A stretch of 64,000 bases of DNA from Candidatus Heimdallarchaeum aukensis (GTDB taxonomy: Archaea; Asgardarchaeota; Heimdallarchaeia; Heimdallarchaeales; Heimdallarchaeaceae). The stretch is from contig CP084166.1 of the NCBI GenBank assembly GCA_021513695.1, positions 576,001 to 640,000 on the forward strand, in the 5' to 3' direction. Numbering within the stretch: position 1 is the first letter of the stretch; every line of letters begins with the position of its first letter. The notes under the pieces are model-generated. The model ran no database searches. It saw only the letters and a program-made list of their open reading frames with translations, and was not told the origin of the DNA. Below are positions 48,102 through 57,493 of the stretch, piece after piece. The translations under genes were made by a program, and so were the position numbers.

Positions 48102-50084
48102 TTAGGAAACTAAAGGTCTAACTTGATACTTTAGTCCTATAATTTTCATTATATCTACTGCATCTTCAATGGTGTTTGCTGATACTTCTAGTTCTTCAAT
48201 TATTTGATCTATATAGAGTATTTCTACTGTACTCATCTTTTCTGTCTCTGGAAGAAGTTTTTCTAGAGCTTTATGATTATTTATGTCTAATTCATGTTCT
48301 ATAGCATGTACATCGTTAAATATTGGATGAGAAGCAAGTGGTTGAATGCATACTACTTCTAATACTTCTACTGCTTTGTCGATCAAGTCGCATAGTAAAT
48401 CACACTCTTTTCTCAAGTATTGGGCAAAATAATCTTCTATTTTCTCTCTTGGAATATAGAGTATTTTCCTTAGAGAGCGTAAGATGTAACCTATCGCTTT
48501 ATCGAGTGTTGTTGTAAGTTTGTAAAAGTGGTAGTCATCTGGAGCAGGTCTAACACTGCTGTACATTACTTGAGTAACCTTAAATACAAGATCATCTGCA
48601 CGCCTTTCTTCTTCTTTTGCTTCCCTCATAAGTTTAATGGCTTGTTCTTTATCGCCATCCAAATATTTCTTAAATGACTGAGCTAGTAAATGAATTGTTT
48701 TCTGTACTTTTTCTGCGTGTTTTATTGAATGAGAGGCTTGCACCCATCCTGGTCTTGTTTCTATTGCTAATATTAAGAATGATAAGCCAAGAATGATTAA
48801 TAGTATTCCACTTACTAAGAAAGGAAATTTGAAGACATTACTAACTACACTATTGCCTAGAAACTGTAATGATTCAAAATTTACTACTAGTCCTGCTAAA
48901 CCGAGTACAAGTAAAGGTCCAGTGAAGTAGCCTGAATCTAAAGATGAGCGATAAACACCTATACTTTTTTCTCTTTTTATTATAGGAACAACATCCTTTG
49001 TTATACTTGGAAGAGAAGGATAATACAGAGAAGTACCTAGTCCAGCAAGCAAAGTTAATAATACTACAACTCCAAAAACATCAGTGAATATAATCAGTAT
49101 AATACTAGATCCAGCAAGAATAAATCCAAGTATCATAGGTGTTTTTCTTCCAATTCTATCGCTTAATTTACCCGTGAAAGGCATACTTATTGACCAAGCT
49201 AAAGTGAAAACTGAGGTGGCTATACCAATTTGTACATTAGAAAAACCGTAAACAGTTGATAATAGGAGCGGAAAAATCAAAACTAGAATACTATCTGTTA
49301 TTCTAGAAATGTGTCCTCCCAAATTTGCTAAGATTAGTGTTGGAACTCTAAAAATATTTTTTGTACTCCATCTACTTTCCACTTTTGTTGCATCCAACAG
49401 TACTGAATCTTTTGTTCCTGCAACCAGATCTGTAGTTTCTACATTCTTAATAAATACAAAACCAAAAGCTAGAGCTGTTCCTGCAATTATTAAAGCAAAG
49501 ATGAAAGTTTCAGCAAAACCTAAGTTATTTGCTATCACACCTGCTAAGAATGAACCTAAACTTGAGCCTAAGTACACTGAAAATTCCATTGAACCCACTG
49601 AAAAAGCTGCTCCTTCGTAACCTGCAATATCAGTGAGTGCTGACATAGTCGAAGTAAAGAGTAAACCTAATCCCCCTCCGATGAAAGCGTTACCTAAAGG
49701 TAAAGCCCATAAGTTTCTTGAAAATGCTAAAGCGAATGAACCACAAAGAAGCAATATTAGTCCTATTCTAATAGTCCATTTTCGTTGATATTTGTCACTA
49801 ATAGATGAGCTAAAGAATCCTGCTATACCTTTAAATAGCCCATAAGCTATTACAGCAGAAGATATTTGGAGAAAAACTATGAAACTTTTTTGGAAATTTT
49901 CTTTTGATTCAAAGAGAGGAAAATCGGTAAATGATTCACCAAAGAGAGAAAGAGAGGTTCTTTGAACACCATAAGCTATACCTGCAAAAAGTAGTACAGT
50001 AATTATTGGTCCCCACTTGGAGATAGACTTTAAAAATGAGAAACTTTCCAGCTTTTTTTCTTTCATTTCCATACAATTATTCAA
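48102..50084 (-). CDS. MFS transporter fused to a C-terminal ~200-aa cytoplasmic helical domain
   Basis: 12 TM helices in the first 450 aa, then a charged helical region (HSIKHAEKVQK...EERRADDLVFKV...). Confidence 0.65.
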   Translation of the reverse strand: MNNCMEMKEKKLESFSFLKSISKWGPIITVLLFAGIAYGVQRTSLSLFGESFTDFPLFESKENFQKSFIVFLQISSAVIAYGLFKGIAGFFSSSISDKYQRKWTIRIGLILLLCGSFALAFSRNLWALPLGNAFIGGGLGLLFTSTMSALTDIAGYEGAAFSVGSMEFSVYLGSSLGSFLAGVIANNLGFAETFIFALIIAGTALAFGFVFIKNVETTDLVAGTKDSVLLDATKVESRWSTKNIFRVPTLILANLGGHISRITDSILVLIFPLLLSTVYGFSNVQIGIATSVFTLAWSISMPFTGKLSDRIGRKTPMILGFILAGSSIILIIFTDVFGVVVLLTLLAGLGTSLYYPSLPSITKDVVPIIKREKSIGVYRSSLDSGYFTGPLLVLGLAGLVVNFESLQFLGNSVVSNVFKFPFLVSGILLIILGLSFLILAIETRPGWVQASHSIKHAEKVQKTIHLLAQSFKKYLDGDKEQAIKLMREAKEEERRADDLVFKVTQVMYSSVRPAPDDYHFYKLTTTLDKAIGYILRSLRKILYIPREKIEDYFAQYLRKECDLLCDLIDKAVEVLEVVCIQPLASHPIFNDVHAIEHELDINNHKALEKLLPETEKMSTVEILYIDQIIEELEVSANTIEDAVDIMKIIGLKYQVRPLVS

Positions 50085-50179
50085 AAAAAATAAATAATAA
50101 AGGTTGTTATCTGAATAAAAAGAAAAATCAAAGAAAATGCAATAAATTTAAATTAAAAAATGAGTTTGCCAAATCGGAA

Positions 50180-51007
50180 ATGACGAGACAAAAAAAGAAA
50201 AAGGATTATTTTGTAAAGAAATTCTCTGTTAGCAGACAAATTTTAGCAGATTATAACGATGTCGCAGCTACTTTCCCCAGAGTAAGAGGACATTTAGAAT
50301 ACGACATTACAAATGCAAAGAAAAGAATAGAAGAGATAAAAAAAGTAGATAAGTACGACATTTCTTATACTGCTTGGATTGCAAAATGTATTAGTCGAGC
50401 AGTTAAAGAAGATTTAAGATTCAACTCCTATAGAAAAGGCAGAAAAATCATTGTCTTTGAAAAAATTGATATTAGTATAATCGTGGAAATTACAACTAAA
50501 GAAGGAAAGAAAGTGCCTTTTAACTATGTTATTAGAGATGTAGAGAGTAAAAGTGTAAAGGAGATAACAGAGGAAATACGTGCAGTTCAAAAGAGAAAAA
50601 TAGAAGAGACAGAACAGCTCACAAGAGATAACTCGAGTAAATTTTCTTCTCTTTACTTGCTTATTCCACGCTTTATAAGAAAAATGGTCATAAAATCAAT
50701 TTTGAAGAACCCATTTAAATTAAAGAAACTAATAGGTACAGTAGGTATAACTTCTCTTGGAATGTTCGTTCAAAACTTTGCAGGATGGGCTATTCCTTTT
50801 GCTGACAAAACCTTAAATGTAGCAGTTGGGGGAATGAAAAAAACTGTAGGTCTAGAAAATGGAGAATTAAAAGAAAAAACATTATTGTGTATAACCTTTT
50901 TAGTAGATCATAACCTTATAGATGGAGCGCCAATAGCTAGATTTGTTGCTAGAGTTGGTGATTTAATGAAAGAAGCAACTTTTCTTGAGGATATAAGCAA
51001 ACCTTAA
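50180..51007 (+). CDS. stand-alone 2-oxoacid-dehydrogenase E2 / CAT-like acyltransferase catalytic domain protein
   Basis: C-terminal LVDHNLIDGAPIARFVARVGDLMKEA fits the E2 catalytic DHRxxDG motif. No lipoyl or E1/E3-binding domain. Start set at an internal Met to avoid overlap with the convergent MFS gene. Confidence 0.55.
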   Translation: MTRQKKKKDYFVKKFSVSRQILADYNDVAATFPRVRGHLEYDITNAKKRIEEIKKVDKYDISYTAWIAKCISRAVKEDLRFNSYRKGRKIIVFEKIDISIIVEITTKEGKKVPFNYVIRDVESKSVKEITEEIRAVQKRKIEETEQLTRDNSSKFSSLYLLIPRFIRKMVIKSILKNPFKLKKLIGTVGITSLGMFVQNFAGWAIPFADKTLNVAVGGMKKTVGLENGELKEKTLLCITFLVDHNLIDGAPIARFVARVGDLMKEATFLEDISKP

Positions 51008-51493
51008 TCACCTTCACAACTCTTTTTTTCGAAAATAACAAAACAAATTTTTTTTCTCAATTTCTGAAATTAGCAATCTATACAAAAATTAAAAGAAAAA
51101 GTTATTAAAACAGAAATAAGGTTACAGGTTCTGATAGGAAAATAGAAAAAGACTCTACGTTATTGGAATATTTTCTGTTTAACAAAAATCTACTTTTGAA
51201 AAATAAAGTGTAGTTTTCAAGAAAAACAAAGAGAAGCCTTACAAGAGAACTTTGAATAAAGAACTTCTAAAAATTGTAATCAACTCAAAAAAATCTAATT
51301 CTTTTATTATTTTCTTCAATTTTTATCCTTTTTCTTCATATTCTTAGAGTATATCTCTTCTATCTTGTAAACAATTTTCTTAAAATCTAAGAATTCTATC
51401 TTTCTATTTTAACCATAAGTATTTGTAAAAAAGAAACTTTAATATAAGGATTACCAGATAGAGTAACAGTAACAAACTTGTTAGTGGAGCAGA

Positions 51494-52171
51494 ATGAACA
51501 AACAATATGAAGATGTATTACATTTTAATCAGAAGCAAATATTGGTTCTAAATGAAAAACAAACAGAATTAATTCGTGACCCCCAATACTCTCCTATAAC
51601 AAGAGTTCTTCGTTCTGGTCCTTTAACAGTTCAAGAAATAACTGAAGAATATAACAAACTAATACTCATGAATTGCCAAATTGATAACGAAAATAATGGT
51701 AATTTTGAAAAATTAAAAAGATCAGAGAAATCTATCTATAGATATCTTCGAGATCTTGAGGAATCAGGATTAGTTACTGTAGCTGGTCAAAGAGTCATTT
51801 TTGGTCAAACAGCTACACAAAAGCTATGGTCGAGAACAGCAAAAATTTTTGTTTTTAAAACACAAACTGTTAATTTTTGGAAAACAGAAGAAGGTTTGAA
51901 ATACGCAGAGAAAATTAATGATTTACTGCATATTATTTTTGAAGATTATGACAAAGAGTGTAAATACACCCAGGAGTTATTAATTCGCTTAAATAAAATC
52001 GCTGAAGAATCAATTTTAAATATTTTTACAAAAAATCCCAAGAAAATTGATGAAATAATTGGGGGGTGTGATTTCGAAGATCTAAATCACATTCTTAAAG
52101 AACTTCATCTTTTAATTTTATTACTAAAAAAGGATGAAGTTGAAGCTTTACTACAAAGTTGTTTTGACTAA
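51494..52171 (+). CDS. winged-helix (ArsR-like) DNA-binding protein
   Basis: LTVQEITEE...KSIYRYLRDLEESGLVTV segment. Confidence 0.4.
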   Translation: MNKQYEDVLHFNQKQILVLNEKQTELIRDPQYSPITRVLRSGPLTVQEITEEYNKLILMNCQIDNENNGNFEKLKRSEKSIYRYLRDLEESGLVTVAGQRVIFGQTATQKLWSRTAKIFVFKTQTVNFWKTEEGLKYAEKINDLLHIIFEDYDKECKYTQELLIRLNKIAEESILNIFTKNPKKIDEIIGGCDFEDLNHILKELHLLILLLKKDEVEALLQSCFD

Positions 52172-52182
52172 TTTGAATTTAT

Positions 52183-54399
52183 TTACCCTAATACTAGTTC
52201 TTTTTCTGGTTTTGACTTCTGTTTAGTCTTTTTTGTATCTATTGTTTTTTTCTCTATTTCTGTATCTTTTTTCTTAACTATATCATCTTTCTGTTGATCT
52301 AGGGATGTTTCTACTTTCTCTTTCTTTTCTTTAATATACTTAGCTTCTTCTACACTTACTTCTTCTGTCTCTTTTGTATCATTTTGTTGTTTTTTCTCTT
52401 TGATTTCTTCTTTAGAAGGAACAACTTTTTTTGAAATCCTCTCTTTTCTAGTATCTTTTGCTTCTTGTCTCGTTTCTTTTTTTACCTTTGTCATTATTTT
52501 AGGTTCTGACTTTTGTTCTTTCTCTTTTTCTAGTTCTTCAACTATTTTAATTTGCATTTCTTTTTTGACTCTTTCATATAAATTGACTGACCAAGGTAAA
52601 TTCTCTTGAATTGAAATATTAGAGAGAGAACGAAGAATCTCTATAACAAATTTTTTCTGTGTTTCCTTGTTACTTGAAAGCTTGTTATATGCATTTGACA
52701 AAATAGAATAAACTTTTTCTTCCTCAGTGTAAAGAAACAACATATTTCTGATTACTGTTGAAAGATCTCTATTTTTCTCAAATTGGAAAATGTTCTTGCA
52801 TATTATATCTTCAAATACTTTTTTAAGGGTAGAATCATTTTTTTCTACTGTTTTTAGATCAAAACAAGTTTGAATACTTTCAATAGTTAAGTTTTGTAAA
52901 GAGTTAGAAATGAAACCCTTTTTTTGATTTAATGTTGTGATTACTCCATTTAGGAAGTTTGTGCTCAAGGTTTCTGCGCAAATAGATAACAGTTCATTTT
53001 TTTGATTAGTAAAAACTAATTCACTCTTTAGATTTTGTAAAATGACTACAACTTCTTCTACATCAAAGTCTCCTGAAATCTTGTTTTTTATTGATTCCTC
53101 TGAAAAGAATACTGAATAATAATAGAATTTTTCACTTAACTCTGATAACGTAGGATCTTTACTTTTATTCATATCTTTTATATTCATTGAAAGTGCAACT
53201 AACAACCCTCGAATAATTTTTTCAAAATCTCTTTTTTCTTCTTCTTTTGAAACTTGGAGTTTAAATAACATTATAATTAGTTTATTGATTTGTAAAAGAA
53301 CTAGTTCTTTTTCTTTTAATGTTAAATCTGATAACTCGGTATCTATTGCAATTACTGATTTATCTAATAAAAAGTTTAGATTTTCTCTTGTCTTTGAATT
53401 AAGTTTGCTTTCTTTACCTAAAGCATGAAAATAAGCAAAAGTGCTAATAGCAAATAAATTAATTCTCTCTTCTAGTCTATTTAAAAAAACTTCAAAGTTT
53501 CTAACTATTTTATCTAATTTTTCTTCAGGTTTATCTTGCTGCTCTAAACCTATTTTAAAGCTATTTAGGTAGTCTATTGAACATTTTGAAGAAAAGATGT
53601 ACAATATTGTTGGATAAAAAGTTAGATATTCAAGGAGCTCTTTCTTAATCAAATTAATGTCAAAGAAATAGTTAGATGCTCCCATTAAAAGTGCAAAATC
53701 AGTAAGAAATTGTGCTTTCTCAATAGGTAAAAATTTTAACAAATCGTTTTCTAAATACTCAAATCGAATGAGTTTTCTTCCGCAAGAAGGGCAAGACTCT
53801 TCATTAACTATTTTTTGTCCACATATTGAGCATAAAACAGTCTTTTTTCTTATTTGTATTCCACATTGATTACAATAATTGCTGTCAGGGTGATTAGAAG
53901 AATCACAGTTTAAACATTTAACAACCTTAAAAGAAGGTTTTTCTTTTCTTTCAAAGTATTCTTCTTTTTGTTCTTGTTCGATACTTGTCTCTTTCTGGTG
54001 AATGTCAAATTTTAAACCACAATATTTACAAAAACGAGCGTTTGGAGGATTAACAGTTTGACAGTTTGAACAAATCAAAATGTTTGGTTCACTTTTTTTC
54101 TCTGTAAATCTTGCACCACATTGGGTACAAAATTTTGCATCAATTTTTTGCATAGATCTACAAAAAGGACAAGCTTTTGTCTGTGAGCTACTTTTATTTT
54201 TCTTGTTTCTTTCATTAGCAAAGTTGTATCCACATTTAGAACAAAACAGAGCTTCATTTCGAACATATTTCTGACAAACAGGACATTGTTTAAGAAGTGT
54301 ATATTCAGTAGGAGTATCGATTTTATTTCCACAGTGAGTACAATAAGAAACTTCTTTTTTATTCAGAAGACCACATCTATTGCACATCTTTTGTATCAT
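52183..54399 (-). CDS. protein with six tandem N-terminal zinc ribbons, central helical domain and K/E-rich C-terminal tail
   Basis: CNRCG..CTHCG, CPVCQ..CSKCG, CPFCR..CTQCG, CSNCQ..CKYCG, CLNCD..CNQCG, CSICG..CPSCG. Confidence 0.6.
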   Translation of the reverse strand: MIQKMCNRCGLLNKKEVSYCTHCGNKIDTPTEYTLLKQCPVCQKYVRNEALFCSKCGYNFANERNKKNKSSSQTKACPFCRSMQKIDAKFCTQCGARFTEKKSEPNILICSNCQTVNPPNARFCKYCGLKFDIHQKETSIEQEQKEEYFERKEKPSFKVVKCLNCDSSNHPDSNYCNQCGIQIRKKTVLCSICGQKIVNEESCPSCGRKLIRFEYLENDLLKFLPIEKAQFLTDFALLMGASNYFFDINLIKKELLEYLTFYPTILYIFSSKCSIDYLNSFKIGLEQQDKPEEKLDKIVRNFEVFLNRLEERINLFAISTFAYFHALGKESKLNSKTRENLNFLLDKSVIAIDTELSDLTLKEKELVLLQINKLIIMLFKLQVSKEEEKRDFEKIIRGLLVALSMNIKDMNKSKDPTLSELSEKFYYYSVFFSEESIKNKISGDFDVEEVVVILQNLKSELVFTNQKNELLSICAETLSTNFLNGVITTLNQKKGFISNSLQNLTIESIQTCFDLKTVEKNDSTLKKVFEDIICKNIFQFEKNRDLSTVIRNMLFLYTEEEKVYSILSNAYNKLSSNKETQKKFVIEILRSLSNISIQENLPWSVNLYERVKKEMQIKIVEELEKEKEQKSEPKIMTKVKKETRQEAKDTRKERISKKVVPSKEEIKEKKQQNDTKETEEVSVEEAKYIKEKKEKVETSLDQQKDDIVKKKDTEIEKKTIDTKKTKQKSKPEKELVLG

Positions 54400-54576
54400 A
54401 GAACCCCAGCGCTAACTTCTATTTAGAAAGTACCATACAAGTATATATAACTAGTTTTTTAAGATTGGATTTAGAATTAGATTTATCACAATTTTTGTTG
54501 TACAATCACTTGTACAAACTATTAATCACGATGTACAAAGTCTTTATATAAATAGAATGAAATTTCAAAGTAATAT

Positions 54577-56934
54577 ATGAAAAAACGAACGAACATTAAA
54601 AAAATAAATTTCATATTGTTCTTAATTTTTGTTCTTTTTGCAAGTTTTGCAATTGAACATGTTACAATAAAAGCTTCAGATAGCACCAACATAGGAAACC
54701 AGAAACATTTCGTTGATGACAACGCTGAGATCTTAATTATTTCAGATAATGATTTTGTTAAATATGGTTTTCCAGGGGATGGTTCTGTAGATAATCCATA
54801 TATTATCAGCAACCTAGATTTAAATACATCGAAAATGTTTGGTATATTTATTTCTAATGTAAGTTCATATTTTGTAATAGAAAACTGTTTTATTAGATCT
54901 TCTTATTACGGAATATCAGTTAGTGGTCTTGAAGAAAACAGAGCTACTATAAGAAACAATACCTTTTACAAAAGTATTGTAGCTGTTGAAATTAGCCATT
55001 CTCCAGGAATAACAATAATTAACAATAATTTCACTGAAAACAGAGATTATGGGATTTTTATTGAATATTCACCTGATTCCGTTTTGAACTCAAATTACTT
55101 TTTCAAGAATGGCGTGGGTTATTCCGGAAATGGTCTAATTATTAAAGAATCTGAAAATTCAACAATTACCAATAACTCTTTTGTTAGGGATGGTTTAGCT
55201 ATAGAGCCCTCAAATTTTGACATTAAATTGAGCTTATTTAATAATACAGTTAATAATAAACTAATTGGCTACTTCACTAAACAGAACAATATAGTAGTAG
55301 ATCAGTCTATTTATGGTCAAATACTTATCATTGAATGCTCAAATGTTTTTATTTCAAATCAAACGATTTCAGAAACTAATGTTGCTATTTCTGTTTATAA
55401 CTCAAATAGTATACTTATTTCAAATAATACTCTTATGAGCAATGATAAAGGGATTTTCTTATTTCAAACCTATGACTTTGCAATAGAGAGAAACTTTCTA
55501 GAAAATAATTCATTGAATGGATTAGAAATCAACGATTGTACTAAATTCAACATCGTAGATAATGAGATAATCAACAACAGGAAAGGGATTGAGTTATTTA
55601 TTGTCGATGGTTACTCAATTTCTAACATTAATAAGAACACAATTAAGGAGAATTTAGAAGAAGGACTTTCATTAAACACTGTAAATAATTTAAACATAAG
55701 CGAGAATTTCATATACAAAAATTTAGTAGGAATATATGCTTATTATTCTTCTAATGTCTATATAGTTGCTAATTCATTTGAAGTTAATTACCTTTATGCT
55801 ATAACTTTAATGGAAAGTGTAAACAACTTCTATATTTATTATAATCTCTTTGCAACCAATAATCTTGAAAACAAAAACGAATCCCAGTGTTTAGATAATG
55901 GAGTAAATAATCTATGGTACAATCCAGATACAGAAAAAGGAAATTATTGGACAGATCTTAATGACCAAAAGGTTTACTCAATAGGAGGTTCTGCAGGAAG
56001 TATTGATGCATATCCTATGGACCCATTTATAGTCGATTATCCTCCTTTATTTAATTGGCAACTTTACCTGATTCTTCCACTTACTTTAACAACCCTTTTA
56101 TCTGCAGGAGCTTATTTCTTGATCAAAAAAAGAGAAAGAAGAAATTCCAATCTTTCTGATTACAAGAAAGAGCTGAAAAAAGAGAAAGAGTGGGCTAGTG
56201 CTATTACAGAGAAAAAAGATAAAGTAGGTTCTCCAATTAGTAATCTAAACAAACAGATTAGAAAACATTTGGTAAAGAACTTTTCTAAATGGTTTATAGT
56301 AGGTTCAATTTCAGTACTTGTTATTAGCTCTGGATTTTTAGCTTACAAACTTTCGGTCTCTCCTGATAATACTAACCAAAACGGTGCAATGGTAAAATAT
56401 GCCCAAGCTCTTCAACAATCTATTCCTGAAGCTGTCTATATAGAGATTATAGGTAATGCTACATCGGCAATACATGAGAGTTTAATGGATGCACATATTT
56501 ATCGTATAAGCCCCTATCCAGATTTGACTTGGGAAGTTACAGCTAATATTCTCAAATTTGATGATGAAGGAAGAGCTTACCTTGAAGAAATTTCTTTCAC
56601 TCTCGACAGTTATGTAATTGATGAAATCGGACAAAATCTCTTCGAATCTCTCAACAACACCGTGATTTTAGGACATTACGGAGAAAAACCCTACAACGAT
56701 GAAGATACTTACAACATAAATATTAAATGGGGTTTAAGATTTTTCTTGGAAAATACTACAATAATTGAGTTGATTGTACTAGAGAATGGTCTTGTAGTAT
56801 ATGCAAAAGGCTACTGGGTAACTTTTTCTAATTATTCAACAAACATGATCGGAGCTTTAATTATTGGACCAGAATCTGCTTTTGACAATACTATTCGAAT
56901 TCTAAGAGAGATTTTTGAGGAAAATATAAATTAG
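54577..56934 (+). CDS. secreted parallel beta-helix repeat protein (paralogue of 42..1466) with TM segment and extra C-terminal domain
   Basis: Signal/anchor FILFLIFVLFASFAI; NNxF/NNT repeat ladder; KGNYWTD motif; TM helix LYLILPLTLTTLLSAGAYFLI at about residue 500, then a 270-aa C-terminal domain. Confidence 0.6.
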   Translation: MKKRTNIKKINFILFLIFVLFASFAIEHVTIKASDSTNIGNQKHFVDDNAEILIISDNDFVKYGFPGDGSVDNPYIISNLDLNTSKMFGIFISNVSSYFVIENCFIRSSYYGISVSGLEENRATIRNNTFYKSIVAVEISHSPGITIINNNFTENRDYGIFIEYSPDSVLNSNYFFKNGVGYSGNGLIIKESENSTITNNSFVRDGLAIEPSNFDIKLSLFNNTVNNKLIGYFTKQNNIVVDQSIYGQILIIECSNVFISNQTISETNVAISVYNSNSILISNNTLMSNDKGIFLFQTYDFAIERNFLENNSLNGLEINDCTKFNIVDNEIINNRKGIELFIVDGYSISNINKNTIKENLEEGLSLNTVNNLNISENFIYKNLVGIYAYYSSNVYIVANSFEVNYLYAITLMESVNNFYIYYNLFATNNLENKNESQCLDNGVNNLWYNPDTEKGNYWTDLNDQKVYSIGGSAGSIDAYPMDPFIVDYPPLFNWQLYLILPLTLTTLLSAGAYFLIKKRERRNSNLSDYKKELKKEKEWASAITEKKDKVGSPISNLNKQIRKHLVKNFSKWFIVGSISVLVISSGFLAYKLSVSPDNTNQNGAMVKYAQALQQSIPEAVYIEIIGNATSAIHESLMDAHIYRISPYPDLTWEVTANILKFDDEGRAYLEEISFTLDSYVIDEIGQNLFESLNNTVILGHYGEKPYNDEDTYNINIKWGLRFFLENTTIIELIVLENGLVVYAKGYWVTFSNYSTNMIGALIIGPESAFDNTIRILREIFEENIN

Positions 56935-56937
56935 AAG

Positions 56938-57423
56938 GTGCGTATAATGAATATTGTGGCAAAAGAGAAACAAGATATCATCGCTGAACTTAACGGAACA
57001 GCGCTACGTATTTTCCTTTTTCTTTTAAAAAACAATGAAATAGGAATACGAGACGCTCAAAGAAAATTAGGCCTTAAGAGTGCTAGCCATGTACAGTACC
57101 ATCTACAAAGATTTGAGCATTTAGGTATAGTGGAAAAGATGCCTAATAGCAGATATTGTCTTACAGAAAAATATTCTGAACTTCGAAGCATAAAACTAGG
57201 TCTTTTAACTGAAATATACATCTACAAAGGTGTTATAATTCCTTCTATTGGTTTTTTTTCTGGTGCTCTATTTACAACATTAATTATTTCTTTAATTTTT
57301 TACTTTCAAGTAAACAAGCTTTCAGGATTTCTAATTAGTATAATCGGAGTCTTTGCTACAGCAGTATATTTTCTAATCCAAGCTATTCAAATACTTAAAA
57401 ACTTTAGAGAGAATGAAAAATAA
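56938..57423 (+). CDS. membrane-anchored winged-helix transcription-regulator-like protein
   Basis: wHTH IRDAQRKLGLKSASHVQYHLQRFEHLGIV, then two TM helices; start 4 bp after the beta-helix gene. Confidence 0.5.
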   Translation: MRIMNIVAKEKQDIIAELNGTALRIFLFLLKNNEIGIRDAQRKLGLKSASHVQYHLQRFEHLGIVEKMPNSRYCLTEKYSELRSIKLGLLTEIYIYKGVIIPSIGFFSGALFTTLIISLIFYFQVNKLSGFLISIIGVFATAVYFLIQAIQILKNFRENEK

Positions 57424-57493
57424 CCACAATATTTGAATTGACCAAACGATAAAAAAATACAAAAAAGAATGAGAAACTTTCTCTTTTTTTGAA

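Noticed and set aside
50036-50179. Upstream 48-codon extension of the E2-like gene in the ORF track
   Set aside because: Overlaps the 3' end of the convergent MFS gene and translates to Asn/Lys-rich junk; internal Met at 50180 with purine-rich upstream is the more plausible start.
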